Source of the DNA: Chrysomallon squamiferum
Lineage: Eukaryota; Animalia; Mollusca
Assembly (NCBI GenBank): GCA_012295275.1
Contig: CM022672.1
Span: 23,436,001-23,500,000 of the forward strand
DNA: 64,000 nucleotides
Direction: 5' to 3'
A program made the translations under genes and the position numbers. Below are positions 30,537 to 46,036 of the stretch, in pieces. Position 1 is the stretch's first letter. Every line of letters begins with the position of its first letter. Under the pieces are notes generated by a model, which worked only from the letters and a program-made list of their open reading frames with translations, was not told the DNA's origin and did no database searches.

Positions 30537-30987
30537 TGTCTATATATCTATCCATCTATCGTCTATATCTATCTATCTATCTATCTGTCTATCTATCTAT
30601 ATCTATATATATATATATATATATATACATATCTGCCTATATATATCTATCTCTGTCTATTTATCTATCTATCTATCTGTCTATCTGTCTATCCATCTGT
30701 CTGTACATCTCTCTGTCTATTTATGTATCTAACAATCTGTCTGTCTGTGTGTATATCTATCTATCTATCTGTATGTCTGGCTGTCTGTCTTTCTGTATAT
30801 ATATATATATGTTTGTCACTCTGTACGTCTATTTATCTGTCTGTCTATCTATCTATCTATCTCTCTATTTATTTATTTATCTGACTATCTATATCTATGT
30901 ATCTATTTTAATCTATCTCTATATCTGTCCATATATTTATCTATCTGTCTGTCTGTCTGTCTGGCTGGCAGTATGTCTGTCTGTCTG
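30537..30987. repeat. Degenerate (TCTA/TCTG)n low-complexity field
   Basis: Direct reading. This field is the source of the spurious 189-aa and 195-aa ORFs. Confidence 0.95.
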
Positions 30988-31299
30988 TAAACATACAAAA
31001 CAACATTTTAGCCACTTCGCCTTGTTCTTTGCATTGTTTGATTTTCTTCCTTTTTTTTTCTCTTTTTTTTTCTTGAAAACAAAAGTATTTTGAGAAATCT
31101 ACTATTTTGAGAAATCAAATCTGTCTAAGGGAACTGACGCTGAGATAGTTAATTTTAGTGACGGCAAGACTACAGTTAAAATAGACATTAAAAGTAACAA
31201 AAGAGTTTAAAATGTTTTATCTCTAGTTATGCACAACTGATAGGAACGAATCTGGAAATATTTCTAAAGGATAATTTTATTATAATCCATTTCAAGTTA

Positions 31300-31392
31300 G
31301 AAATGAAAACGTTTATTTAACGATGCTCTCAATACATTTTTCAATCCACGGTTATATGTTTAAGGATTATACAGGTAATGAGATAGGAAATT
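31300..31392. mobile_element. Decayed SINE-like fragment, probably the other end of the family seen at 53793
   Basis: The blocks gtttatttaacgatgctctcaatacattt...acggttatatg...taaggat...gagataggaaa resemble the same recalled family. Recall only. Confidence 0.35.
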
Positions 31393-31679
31393 AGTTGTGG
31401 TATGTTGTTGTTTGGTCGTCTATCCATTGCTTACGTCATTTGTTTTATTAATTTATTCATTAACTTTTTTTAATACATTCTTTCCTTCTGCAGTTTATTT
31501 GGGAAATGTTATTGTTCTTTCCTTCTCTCTTTCCTTTATTTTTTCCTCATTCACTAAAGTGTTCGTTCATTTAACGTCATATATGTTTTTTCATATTTTA
31601 TGTTTCTTTCACATTTTGAAAGAAACCAGGAAATTATTATTATTATATTTATTGTTCTATTTATTTGTTTATCTATATA

Positions 31680-31854
31680 CTTTATTTATTTATTTATTTA
31701 TTTGTTTGTTTGTTTGTTTGTTTATTTGTTTGTTTGTTTGTTTGTTTTGTTTTGTTTACTTCACACTAATTTCTTCACTGTTGGTTTCTTCTTCTTTTCT
31801 TTCTTCTTCTTCTTCTTTGTTTTTGTTGTTCTTCTTCTTTTTCTTCTTCTTTTT

Positions 31855-31885
<31 letters not shown>

Positions 31886-31935
31886 TTATTATTATTATAT
31901 TATGATTATTATGATTATTATTATTATTATTATTG
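31680..31935. repeat. Compound (TTTA/TTTG)n, (TTC)n and (TTA)n microsatellites
   Basis: Direct reading. Confidence 0.94.
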
Positions 31936-33738
31936 CATGAAATGATATTACTTTTACTCGTTTCTATTTCTACTAGTACAATTTGAAAAAAAAATTCTGT
32001 TTATTTTTCTTCCTTTTAATTTATTTAATATTTTTCTTTCTTTTTCTTTTTTGTGTTTTTTATTTATTTCTTCTTCTTCTTCATTTTTGTTTTCATGATA
32101 TTTCGAAAGCTGTGTCTATATATTTAGCCCAGAGATGATGCAAGTAAATAAACCATTCATTGCAAAAATCTGGCGCACCTGCTTATTTGTTTAATTAAAA
32201 AAAAAACTAGCACAGACGAAACCTTAATGAAAAAAGTTAATGTAGTGGATGTTTTATCTTATTGTCATTATTATAAAAGACTGCTTCTGAAAAACCAAAA
32301 AAAAAAAAAAAAAAAAAGAAATAAAGAAATAAAAAAATAAAAAAATAGCTTAATGGTCTGGAAAAAAACCTGTTTAGTTCTTTTGTTCACAGCACTATAT
32401 TCACACTTTAAGAAATATTATTTAGAGATAACGCATCGCCAGAAACAATTAAATCCAATACATAACATATTTAGCCGTTTCTGTATGTAGTTCTGGTGTA
32501 AAAAGAAACAAAGAAAGTAATCATTTTGATGTGTAAAATCTATTTAGTTTATAAATAGTTTTAGTAATACAACAGACATGCTTTAAAAACAAACAATAAA
32601 CCCTCACTTTGGAAATATACAAGATACATTTAATTTTCTTATTAGTACAATAGAGGCGATTTAAAAAGCAAATACTTGGAACAATACAAAATAACAGAGG
32701 CTATTTATTCTCACCAATGAATCTACACTTTTAAAATCGGTTATTATTTGTTATGGTTAATTTAATTTCTTTTCATTTCAGATTTTGTGTGCTAAAGAAC
32801 AAAGACAAAACAATAAATGCTTAAGTAAATATAGCAAACTTAAGCTGTATGTTTGCAAAATCACTGGTACGCTTTCATTTAGCTGATGTTCTTTCTGGGC
32901 CATCCGGTTTCAGATCCTTCTCTGATGTAGGTTATTTCTGTGTTCATTTTAAATTAACTGCTTTCTACGGTGGTGTCGATCCTCAATTGCCCGAAGATTA
33001 ACATCCCGCCAACTGAAAATAATGCTGTTAATTTCATTGTACTTTAGACCAGTCAGGTCAGTTAGTACGTATATGTGAACAGTTATAACACACGTTTTAA
33101 ACGTCTTGAAAAAAAAATAATCAGAAATGTTTGATAGCCGTATATAATATTTATATATATATTGACATTAGATAAACCAGTATTTCAATATTACGCATGA
33201 TATGAATAAACGAATGTTTACACTCGCCCACATATTTTAAACATCGGTGGATATAATTATACTTTAAAAATATGTCCCGATGAAGATCATGCTAGCCGTC
33301 TGTCAAATACTCCAGTTGCGAATTCTAGCAGTCTGCATATGACTTGATATTTGAAAAAAAAATTCATAATTTCTTAGTAATTTCATTTGATAGATAATAC
33401 AGATTTACACACAAAGACAACGTTAAAACAAGATAAGTTCACCAAGAAAAAAGATAAGCCATTATATTATCTGAGATATTTTTTATAATCATGAAAGTCA
33501 TAATACAACGAAAAAATATATATATTAAAGCTAGATTAACTGTACAAAAATAGTACATGAGTAATCAAGGCAAATAGATATTTTAGACGGACACACTGTC
33601 TTTGAAACTAGTTTTGCACTTGTAGTTTATTATATTTAATATAGCTGAATAAGGTATACGATATAATCATGTATTTTAAGTTAAAATTAGATAACTAAAT
33701 AGTACAAACTCATACATTTTTTTCTAACTCTCATTATA

Positions 33739-33782
33739 AATTTCTTTGTCCTAAGAACAAAAAAGATTTGACGTAGAGAGAA
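33739..33782 (+). repeat. Dispersed ~45-bp direct repeat, copy 1 (partner 40404-40446)
   Basis: aatttctttgtccta....aaaaagatttgacgtagagagaa is shared by the two loci. Confidence 0.75.
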
Positions 33783-34118
33783 ATCAATTCAGTAATGTAC
33801 TATATATACTGTGTGCAAGTGGGTGCGTGTGGGTGTTTATTATATATATCTATATATATCAGAATGTTAAAATGAAAAAAAAAATATATATATAATTCTG
33901 TTATTAGGAAAGTGGCAGTCTTCCTATAGAAAAAGAGAAAGACGACGAGTTCACATAAGTCATACTTATATAAACATAAATTTTAAATTATCAAAGATGG
34001 ATTCTCCATCTAAATGTCAACACTTTCTTTTGTTAATGTACATTTGCAGTGATATAAATATTCGTAATATATTAATGTATTTGCAGGCTTTTGGGTATAT
34101 TTTTAACACAGACAGATT

Positions 34119-34252
<134 letters not shown>

Positions 34253-34795
34253 TCAAAATTTCTGGTAAACGTTAATACCTCTATAATTAGTTTCGTTATC
34301 TCCACCAGTTTCGGGCTAACACAGATTGGTTAATTAGTCTGTTTGAAGACAGCACATTCTAGTTCCATTTGTGTTTATCTTATTAACAGAAATAATTGAA
34401 CTGCTCCTTTGAAAATATCAAGTCTAAACTGTTACAGTCACGTTTGTTCTTCGCGACGACACATGAAGATCTCTTCTTAAACGTTCTGTAACTATGGAAG
34501 TATGCCATTGTCTAATCTGCACTAAATATAATTAAAGGTAATTGAAGCATATTTGGCCTTTATGTGGATAACATATCTATCTGTCTGCCGAACGATGTTA
34601 AAGTTGTGAAACTAAAAAAACAAAACTACAATGACTTAACATGAAGATATATTGCAACATCTGTCTCGCATATAATTGGTAATTATTTTAAAAATTTTTC
34701 CTTTTCTTGGTTTGAAAAATACAAATAGTGATAGAGTTTTTCTATTTTCAATATATATTCACAACGCAAGTGGGGGAAAGAGAAAAAGAGAAACA

Positions 34796-34902
<107 letters not shown>

Positions 34903-37497
34903 AATATTGTTAAAATTATTTGATAGATTCGACATTGTTTAGTTTTTTTTTTTTTTTTTTTTTAAAAGTTCTCCAAAAGCATTTAATTCTGACGCAGCTG
35001 AGAAAATCTATAACGCGTTGGTGTTCATACATATCTATTCGCGTTATAAATATTTAAATTCTTAATTTAAAACATTTGTCTTCGAATCTATCAACATTGG
35101 TCTTTTGTTAACAAGGATGTTCCCTACGTTATTCTTGTATTATCACAAATTCAGTTAGCTTGTATTCACGAATCTACCAGCATGTCAATTACAAATTCAG
35201 TTTTGAGGCAGATTCAGACACTAGAGTGTCGCCTTCAAAATTAGCATGACTCCGTTACACTGCTGTGAAACCCGTGCACAAAATGTATTATTGGATTAAG
35301 GCGCGGCGTAGCACTTTGAACAAGCTTATTAACACTGCGGATGGTCAGAACCAAACAACTCACAGTGGTCTAATAATCGGCAGTGTTCGTTTGTCCTAGC
35401 CAGATTTTTGGGAGCGTTGAATAATAATAAAGGCACCTAATAAAAGCTTTTATCCCATTAAGGGAAGGTCCTAATCAGAAAGCATACCGTGTGTTTTTAA
35501 TAAAGAACCTATTACAGAGATCTGGAATTATGAATATTTTTGTCTGACGCTCTTTTCTACGAGTTGACAAATTTCTTGTTAGAAAAATCATTAGTTCAAG
35601 GCTAAATGATTAGCTGTGATGGCACGTCTCATACAGGTTCAAACATCACAGGCCGAGGCAAATACAGTAATGAACTGAAAATGTCTTATTGCTCAAAGCT
35701 GGGGGGGGTTTTCCTTTCAATTCAGTAAGAATGAAACAGTTTTGCTAAGTCGATGTTGAAGCCATTTTCCTTTATTTCTTGTGTAGTGGAAATGAAATTA
35801 GATTGTTATGAAAACTAGTTATATTGAATTATCTTAAAATATTACTTTTCATCTTGGAATATTTCTGTTACTGTTAGGGATATCTGATATTTTTTAGAAA
35901 TGAGGTAAAAATATATTGATGTTAATGATTTCGTTAGTAATCGGTTAATTATTAACATTTTTATAAAATTAAAGTTGTAGATTGTTCTTTTTAATGTCAT
36001 CGGTAATCTATATTTAATCAAAATACAATACATCTCTTGTCCAAGATTAAAGACAGAGCAGATAATTCGTATAAGCCTTTAAAATTAAATTTGAAATTCA
36101 TTCATTTACATTTATTACGTATCTAAATTAATAATCTGAATTTATTGATGCAGACTATACTACTTAAATGTATTTTATTTAATGATTTAATTTACATTAT
36201 TATTATTTTTGAAAATTTAACTTTATAGCAATGCATAGTGTTTTGGAAACACGAGATATATATATATATCTAAAATCTCAGAGATATGCTATTGAATTAT
36301 TATTATTACGTAACTTCTTCTGGTCCGAAGAATACATAAACAGAAGGGAAAAACAACTTTATGGTGAACTTTCATACATTCAAACAAGGAATATTTCAGT
36401 AAAATCATTGTAAAATGGTTTCTGAGCATTTTCATGGAAAAGAAATGATATCATCAGTCAGATTCAGTTCTGTTGTTGCATTATGGTCAAAATACAATCA
36501 ACTGTTACTGTTAGAAATATTTCGTAAAATTTTTACATTTATCCTTAAAAATGTATTTGTGATCCAAGCTAGTTTACATGCCATATGATAATTCTTAAAA
36601 TTGTAAATCTGCAGTTTCTTTAATATATTCACCGATACGTTTTGTGATCCTGTTATATATAAGTAATAATAATTAAATTATTTAACAATTTTGAGTAAGA
36701 GAAAAAATGTTTTTTCAATTATTATTATAACTTAGATACAGGTTTGTAAATACTGGTATGCTACGTTATATCGATTAGGATTAATATTTGACAAGAAAAA
36801 GTTGGGTGAAATTAAATTTGCCACGTACCAAAAAGAAAAAGGAAGAACAAGGAAAAAGCTTTAAAAATAAAAATTAAAAAAATCCATAAACTTATTGTGA
36901 CCTTGAGAAACAATAATCTTCTTAACACATCTTAAATTACTAACTTTTAATTTTTTTGCATTCTAAATTCCTGCTACATTACAATCACAAATATAAAACA
37001 AAAGCACAACACCTGGCCCGGTGTCCTAATAAATCATGCCCCAAGTTTCAAAATACCAATATATTATTAACATATCAATGTATTATCGCCAACGACAGCC
37101 AGCACGTGTATAACGATGTTCTCGTTTCTCTACCGCAATCACAAATTAGGCTTCATTGCATCAGCTGAAAGGTCAATATTCCCGTTTAGCTCAACATCCA
37201 ATATCACACATCCGCAAGAGAAGTTAACACCATCGCCTACAAGAGCGGCATAAATGTCAGTGAAACCAGCTTTGTTTAACGCGTTCTTTGTCAGACAGAA
37301 GTTAACAAGTTAATACAACATCTTACAGCTTCCTCAAGTGTGCTCAAATATCGTATTCTCACTTACTGTTATGAAGCAACCTGCACCATTCCTTCTATTA
37401 CAAAATGAGTGGTAGACATTGTAATTAAGCACACATACACAGAACCCACACTCGTACATGTACATCCACCATCCATCCATTATACCTACACACACTT

Positions 37498-37742
37498 CCA
37501 TACATACATGCATCCGTACTTATATAAATATATATACATACATACATTCATTCATGCATATATACATTTATACACATATACACACACATGCAGACAAACA
37601 CATGCAGACACACACACACTCACATATATAGATACATACATACATACATACATAAATACATACATACATACATAAATACATACATACATACATACATACA
37701 TACATACATACATACAAACATACATACATACATACATATACA
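37498..37742. repeat. (TACA)n/(CA)n low-complexity field
   Basis: Direct reading. Confidence 0.94.
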
Positions 37743-39743
37743 TTTCAACATATCTCCAAACAACCTAACCTATATACTAACATACATATTTTCTGAGAGT
37801 GTAGCAATTATTTACTTTCTACTAAGTAATTACGGAATTAAACAATGATCGATTTACTAACATGAAGCATACCTAATTCTTGGAAATCTGACCTGCAATA
37901 AAAATTAAAACACGGATTAATTCTTTTTTCCGCAAATATGTTATAACCTGAAAGCGGATTAACGAGATATCAATCACTAAAATATCCCAGATCAAACATA
38001 TGTTATTCGTCCAGTTTATTAGAAGTAACTCCAACATCGAATTTCTCTTGTGGCTGCTTATCCATCACTTCAAAAACGTAGCCATTAGAATTTTCGTTTA
38101 ATCATCAGCTCATAACGATTATTTCAGTATTAAACTAGATTATATATTCAACGCCAGCGCAAGTATTAGCACTCGTGTCTTTATAAATACTAATTTTTCA
38201 GAATTCCATCCACTATGTCGTTTATGTCAAGATGATGACGAATATTAGTGGGTTGTTTTGGGGTAGGTTTTTTTTTTCTTTTATTTTTCTTATTTTTTGA
38301 AAGGCAAAATACATGCATATATTTGTGTTCTACAACCAAATGATGCTTTAATATCCAACAGTTTCAATGCTGACTTATCAGTGTTTCTGATCACTTTTAA
38401 TTTCTATGATGCTCTGTTTTATTTAATTTTTAGTAAATGCAGCAGGCATAGTAGTTCTTTTAACGTTTTGCGAGTAGCAGTCATGTTACTTATGGTAATG
38501 GTATTACCTATTGAAGAAAAAGTAATCATTGGTTGTTGCTGTAGTTGTGCTGTACGTATAAAGTTTGTATGTATATATGCTTGTTTGTATGTATGTATGT
38601 ATGTATGTATGTATGTATGTGGGTAGGTAGGTAGGTAGGTAGGTAGGTAGGTAGGTATGCATGCATGCTTTGGGACATTTTGATGCTTTAATGGGTAACG
38701 TAGACATTAATAGCTTCAGCTGCCACTGCTCTGCTTTCAATGTTTCTACTTTATTAAGGTCCCAAAATTAATTCAAACTAAAACTGAGTGCACGGATTGT
38801 TTCAATAGCAAAGTCTAGATATGAATACGATACCCGGTATTACAGAATACAAAATTATTGCCTTTTTCATGGTATCTTATAGACTATTTCTGTGACGCAC
38901 TCATTAAGATAATTATTTTCCACAGTTTTGCTAGATACCGAGGGTTAATTGGCGATGATTGATACCCCTGCACTCTTTCTTTTCAGCAATCAGTCCTGTA
39001 ACACTGCGTGGGGGCAAATAATCCAGTTTTCTAGATTCTGTGCCGATATACTTAACTGTGGTATCAGTTTTATAATTTAGTTATGAATTTAATCCATTCT
39101 CTGATTTTTATACTACTGATCAATTGTCCAACTCCTTTCACTGCTCAGTATCTGTTATATGAAAGAGAGTGAGTATTTCCAGTTCATGAGAAGGTCCATA
39201 TAAGCAAGAAAAGATCACGGAAAGCCTATAACAAGTCAACTCTAGTATGTTAAACAAAAATGTTGTACAGAAATGTCGTACTTCTTGCCTCAGAAACCCT
39301 ATTTGTTTCAAATCTGATACAGTTCAGGAATCACTACACAGGGTTATCTGTATATGTGCTGCATATATCTCAGCAGAATTGACTTATTGAATGAGACACG
39401 ACATTCTGTGTGTTTAACGGTTTGCAATAATATGTTTAGACATTAGATTAAAAACTATGATTTCAAACTACGTATTTCTATTATCGTGTTGTCGTTGTTG
39501 GGCCTACGGCTCAACCGTTACAGTTTTCATTTTATTTATGAAGGACTTTCAGTCCATATCAGCGTTCTTTCTCTAAGGAGGGTTTTAAGGTAGTGGTTTA
39601 TATTTTGCTTTGGGAATGTGTTTATGTATGATACATTTCTTCTAATCAACTGGTGTAGCCGTTGTGTAATCAACATCGAACTGAGCGCGTTATCAAGCAT
39701 AGGAACATTAATATATATATATGTGAATGTGTGTGTGTGTCTC

Positions 39744-39790
<47 letters not shown>

Positions 39791-40403
39791 GTTTATCTCT
39801 GTGTGTGTGTGTGTTTATAAATATTGACACCTCTTCACATCAGGGCAATGAGTGCATATTACTTTTACTGCGTCTAATTATATTTCTGTTATTACGTCTG
39901 AAGGTGACGAATATTTTGCCACGGACGCCTCCTCTTCAACCCTCGATCTACGACTGCACGTGTCTAACTGCCAGAATGCTTCAAATGGCTTGGAGGGTTT
40001 GATATTCCAAATGCGAACCACAGGATGATTATATTTTACAGGAATATTGTTCTACTGTTATCTTCAGTAACTAGTGCAAAATGAGACCATCGCTTTGTCC
40101 CTTTTACATTCTCTATTATGAAATCTGTGTTCCTCTAGTAAGTTTGATATTATTTTGTCTAGATTATACATTAACCCTCATATTATGTTATTAAAATTCT
40201 TCTCAGTGAAACCACATTCACATATGTTTCAGCAGGTTGTTACTTCTCTAACCAGTTTTTATCTAATAACTGTTAACATTAAACTGTTTTCAGTTATCAC
40301 TAATAATATTCATACGTATTTCTCTTGCAATACGTGCTTTGTCATTTTATTGTACAGAGTTGGATAATCTTTTCATGAATTATTTGTATCTAACTGTGTG
40401 AGT

Positions 40404-40446
40404 AATTTCTTTGTCCTAGCGTCAAAAAGATTTGACGTAGAGAGAA
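40404..40446 (+). repeat. Dispersed ~45-bp direct repeat, copy 2 (partner 33739-33782)
   Basis: Same motif as copy 1, about 6.7 kb away. Confidence 0.75.
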
Positions 40447-41518
40447 CACACTGTGTATTATTTCTATGCTAGAACAGTTTTTCAAAATCTGTATATTTTC
40501 TGTAAAACGAACAATATATGAACGACAATAAACCAGTGATTCTTCTTTTAGGTAAAACATGAGGATACTAGTGCAAAACATTATTACTAATCATTTATTA
40601 CCTACTCAGCTATCACATTCGCTTTTCAAAACATCTCTTTCATGTTTCTGTCATATTCTTTAAAGAAAAGTTCATTCATCTGTCCTGTATATTCTTTTGT
40701 TGTTTCGTATTGATAATATATACTGTCACCGTTTTAAATTCCAGTTTTTATATTTGACCAAGAACTGCCACTGCCGAAAAAAAATAATCTGTTTGTCATA
40801 TTTTGGTATGAAATGTGTCATTTTTATAACCAAATTACATAACGTTTTATACAGTCATTGTATTTACCAGGTGCAGTATGATCGTCATATTGTGTTTTGT
40901 TATCTGCTTTGAGTTTATTCATTTTACCCCGCGCCTTCTTCTTTTCTTAACTGAAACTGTCATTTCTCTTTACATGTATTTCTTTATGACAGCCACCTTT
41001 CCTGTACCAGTATTAAATCAAATTTATAGGGAAGGCAGTTAGTTACCCGTCTACTCAAAATATGTTTCAACTGTCATATGAAAACGTTATCCTTCTGGTT
41101 AGTGAAAAGTGACGTCCTTCTTTCCAGTGTTTACTTCACTTGTCATCTTTCGTTGCATAAATCATATAACGATTGTCATATATAACTATTTTAACACTGC
41201 TACTATCTTAACAGTTTAGAATGAAATTTAAACTTTATTCTTGAGCCATTCTTAAACTGAGAATACATTTCAAAGTGTCAGAATCAAACAGACCAGCTAC
41301 AGAAATAATATTATGATTTTGTCAGGTGTGTTAAGAAAACAAATCGTACAGATGGTTGTTCTCTAACAGTAGACATGTGATTTGTTTACTGAAATCGTAC
41401 GTAATGCAGAAAAGAAGTTCTATCAGAAAGTAAACTTTTTCTGACAGATGGAGAGAGAGATACAGAGAGAGAGAAAGAGAGACAGAAAGAGACTGATACT
41501 GCGATATACGAAAAACTG

Positions 41519-41619
<101 letters not shown>

Positions 41620-42493
41620 TGCAGTTCTGTCACAGTTGCACATTTTTTTGTTTATGTTAATGTAATCCAACACGGAGGAAGACATGAAAAGTAATCTTTG
41701 CTAAACGTGACAAACAACAGAACATAAAATACAATTGGTTGTCATCCTTGCAACTTTAATAAAACCCATTATAGCATTTGTACAGAAAGTTAGCTCGGAG
41801 AAATACTTAAGACGTTTTGTTATTTGTTTGTTTGTTTGATATATATATATTTGTTTTGCAAACAAACTTGAAAAGAGAATAAACAGAATAATTTTCAAAC
41901 AGTATTGTCACATTCGTAATAAAAAATAAAAGTATCAACATTTTCTGGTGCTGAGTCAGATAAAATAGCATCTTGGGCACTGGAATAAAGACAAGCTGGA
42001 TTCTGTCGTAGATGTTTCATAGATGAAATCTGAAATGAAAAGAAATAAACGTTAATATACACTGAAAACGCATCAGGCAGGAGCGAATCAATGCAAGCTT
42101 TCTCACTGTTTTCTCACACAGTTCGTTTAGGTATACTTATATGTGCCAATATATGTGTATATATGTGTATGTGTGTGTATGAGTGTAACAACTCAACTGA
42201 ACCTGTTACCTCAGTCGTACTGAGTCTTGCAGATTTGGGTATTGTAAGCGATATAAGAAAATAAAACCTTAAAAATGCTAACAAATGCAATATTCTGGTC
42301 TTCATGGTTTAGTACACAAATAAGCTCTGTCATATGGAAGCCTTACAAAGTAGCGAAATGATTCATTATATTAAAGGATAACTTAAAAATAATAATTACT
42401 TGTCAAATTTTTCTACACAATTTTTTTTTTTTGCTTATAGGATGGGTAATATCGAAAACAGAATAGAGACAATATCAAAACAGAAATAATGGT

Positions 42494-42528
<35 letters not shown>

Positions 42529-44610
42529 TAGATGAATTAAACAAACATGTCACTTATGAAAGGTCTAATCTTTAATGTTCTTTTAGGTATCTATATAATT
42601 GACTATAATCTTTTTTTCTTCTTTTTCTTTTATATCCACGACATGTCCCCAACACAACACCTGTCTGATACGGACGACCATCTTCGACAAAACTAACCCC
42701 CCAGACAACAAAGTATAAAGAGAAAGCGTAGGTGATTTTCAAGCGTGTATTCAGAGGCATGGGATGGTCACATGTTCTATTCATCTAACTTGTTACTGAA
42801 ACTGAATGATTCTCCGTGTGTTCTAAATGATGTCCGCATGTTTTAAATGTTGTCCATAAACTTGAACGTTTGCTTTTTCTACCCATATGACTTTGGCCAA
42901 CTACAACGGATTATTATCGGATATTTTATCTTTGTCATAGCTGGTATTTATTACATGGGCATACTGATGTTTTCAATACATTTCACTTAACTTATATATT
43001 TTTCTGTTTTTCAGCCAGACTGTTTTTGAAAATGTGGTGAAGTTTCGTTTAACCCGTGCGTATGTGTTTGTCAAAATGAAAACTGATAACAACAAAAAAA
43101 TATTCATTTTCTGAATATTTTAAGTTGGTTTATAGTTTTTAAGTTTATTTTGGTAATTAATTACCAGTGGTGAATTATAATAATGTTAAATATTTTGGAT
43201 ATTAATAATTTCAAAATTCTCCAAAGATAAGCAAATCACCTAAATACAATTTAGACAGGCCTATTTCCAATCACTGTTCCTTTGTTCCTGGAACCCAAAC
43301 TTTCTTATTAATAATAACAACAGTATAATTAAAGTTCAATGGAAAACATTCATATCTAAATTTTTAAATACACAGACACTCAAACACATACACAAACACA
43401 CATAAAACACACATACACACAGGTCAGCGCATACACATATATTGCGTTCTGTATTTCCATGTTAATTACACCGTCAAAAATACAAAAGGAATAAAGTATC
43501 AGCCTTCATGAATGGTTACAATATGCTCTTTATAATTAAAGTCGTATTTGACAATTTATCCTGAATTAATATATACAATCAAATAAGATAATCTTTCGGA
43601 ATCATAACAAATAATAATTTTAAGAAATAATCAAAATGTTTGCCTAACAGACATATCTTTATTAACCTCAATAACATTATAAATCCGGAATGCATTAACG
43701 GTTTTCAGCGTAGAATAAATTTTAAAATGTAAATGGCGGAAATGCCAAATAATCAAATTATTTTATTTTCAAATAACCAGAACACACTTTGATTTTCGCC
43801 TCGATTTCGTTTAAACCATTTTAACATTTTATGCGAATTGTTTTTTTTTTGTTTTTTTTTACTTAGATTTAAAATTATCACTTTAATAAGCAGCAATAAA
43901 CTGAATTAAATTATCATTGTCGTTTCATTTTGTCAATAGAGCTTCGAAATTAAAGGACAGATATATTATTGTGAATTAAACGACGTTATAACTTCCGTGA
44001 AATTAAAATCAAAATTATTCTGAAAACAATAATTTAAAGTATTTTAGTCAAAACAGAATTAACTATAAATGGGTGAAAGTTGGCATAATGAAATGATGAA
44101 CGACAGAAAAAATAAGAAAGCCGTATAACGAAAAAAAAATAAGAAAGAAAGAAAGCAACATGTAGAAGAAAGAAATAAAATAAATAAAAAATAACTGACA
44201 AAGAAAACGGAAGATTGAAAAAAGGAAGAATTCATTACATTAATTAATTAATTAATGAAAAAAGAAACAAAGAAACAAAGAAAGGAGGTAAAAAAATAAA
44301 AGGAAAACAGAATGAACGAAAGACAGAAAAAAGAAATTAGGTTTACCCCAAAACTTCATAATATTACGTTTATAACCAGAATTTCTTCTATTCTTTTACA
44401 TAATGATCAAATGCACTTTATTTGTAGAAAAACGTATTTAATTAACTTTGGAAGGATTCAAGACAGATGCTCGCTGATGCAATGGTTACAGGAAGTTATG
44501 TAGGCTGTGTCAATAACCTTGTTTGTTTTATTTAAAGGACAAAGCACGTATACATAAACAATAATGAACCCCCTCTCCACATTATTTTAAAACCCATACA
44601 TATATTTTCA

Positions 44611-44638
<28 letters not shown>

Positions 44639-44643
<5 letters not shown>

Positions 44644-44771
44644 ATGTGTATACATACATGCATTCATACATAGATACATACATACATACACACACATTGT
44701 ATATATATATAAATGTGTGTGTATGTATGTATGTATCTATGTATGAATGCATGTATGTATACACATACACA
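44639..44771. repeat. Perfect palindrome: 60-bp arms and a 13-nt TA-rich loop
   Basis: 44639-44698 is the exact reverse complement of 44712-44771. Confidence 0.92.
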
Positions 44772-45745
44772 TAGGTAGATACATGTGTTGTATTCATACA
44801 TACATATAATTTTCAGTCAATATGTGGACGTGGTGTTAGGCGGTCTAATTCCAGATACATATTTAACTAAATATTAATACTTGTTCGTTTGCTTCAAGGA
44901 TCGTCCTAAATCTATGGAATTATATTTTATTTTTAGTCCTAAAGTATTAGACCATGTTACAAAACCATTAAGTACGCTTGCATTAGGCTAATCGATAATT
45001 CAATCTTAACTGCCTCTAAAAATGACATTTTCTTTTGGTTTAAAGATGACCAGATATCGGTGCATCAAACTACGATGTGAGTGCATAAGTTCACAATCGA
45101 CCTAATAAAACTTCAAATTCAACATCTTGCATTGCTATCGAACCACTGGGATGTATTTTGAAGTTGCTTACAGTGTGCGGATAGTTCATCGAGACCATTT
45201 CAGTTCATGATGCATTTAACAAGACAATGCCAAAATAAGCCGTAAATCGCCCTCTTAAGGGAATCGCGTTGAGGACTGGTGTTAATCCTTGTTAGTATTC
45301 CTGTAAGTCCTCCCAGAGGACTGAGATTATGCGAGACGTTCTTCGCAGAATTTAGTGGTCATTACTCGCAGTAAAACAGCACTGTTCATTGATTGATCTA
45401 AGCAAGATATTAGGCAGAGTGGGTTCGAGATATCTGGTTAGAGTGTTCGTATTAGACTTCTCGGATCAGTCTTTGCTGATGTCTCCATCTGACCATTTCC
45501 CATTCTTAATGGCCATGATACGCAACATCCAGACTGGAGGAAGGTATAATTACATGAAGGAACTGAGCAGACTAACCCATTTTTTCATTTTCTTTTCTCG
45601 TTTTCTTTATTATTGCTTTCACGTGGACCATTAATTTTATAACAGAAAACATTTTCTTAAAATGTTCTTAAAATGCGTACATACATACATACATATTTAT
45701 ATATACATACATACATACATATTTATATATATATATATACACACA

Positions 45746-45779
<34 letters not shown>

Positions 45780-46036
45780 CATAAACATATACTTGTATAC
45801 ATATACATTCTTAACCTGCCAGATAAACACAAATGTCATCTGTAGCCAGAATTTCACGTGATCTCAATCATGTAATCATTTATAATACGTACGCTAAACA
45901 GAGAATTCTGGGCATTTCATTAAATGCTTAAAAATAATTAAAATAATAAAATTCTCAGAAATCAAAAAAGTTTCTAAATGTGAACAACATAAAATAAAAC
46001 ATAGGCTGTGATTCGTGAGATAGAAAATATTTTTGT

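Noticed and set aside
30315-31945. Long ORFs of 182-195 aa
   Set aside because: They are translations of TCTA, TTTG and TTC simple repeats that lack stops because of their composition.
42572-42784. 70-aa minus ORF with a hydrophobic stretch and a KRKRRKK cluster, as a second neuropeptide
   Set aside because: The basic cluster comes from an A/G-rich low-complexity run. There is no clear signal peptide, amidation pattern or family match.
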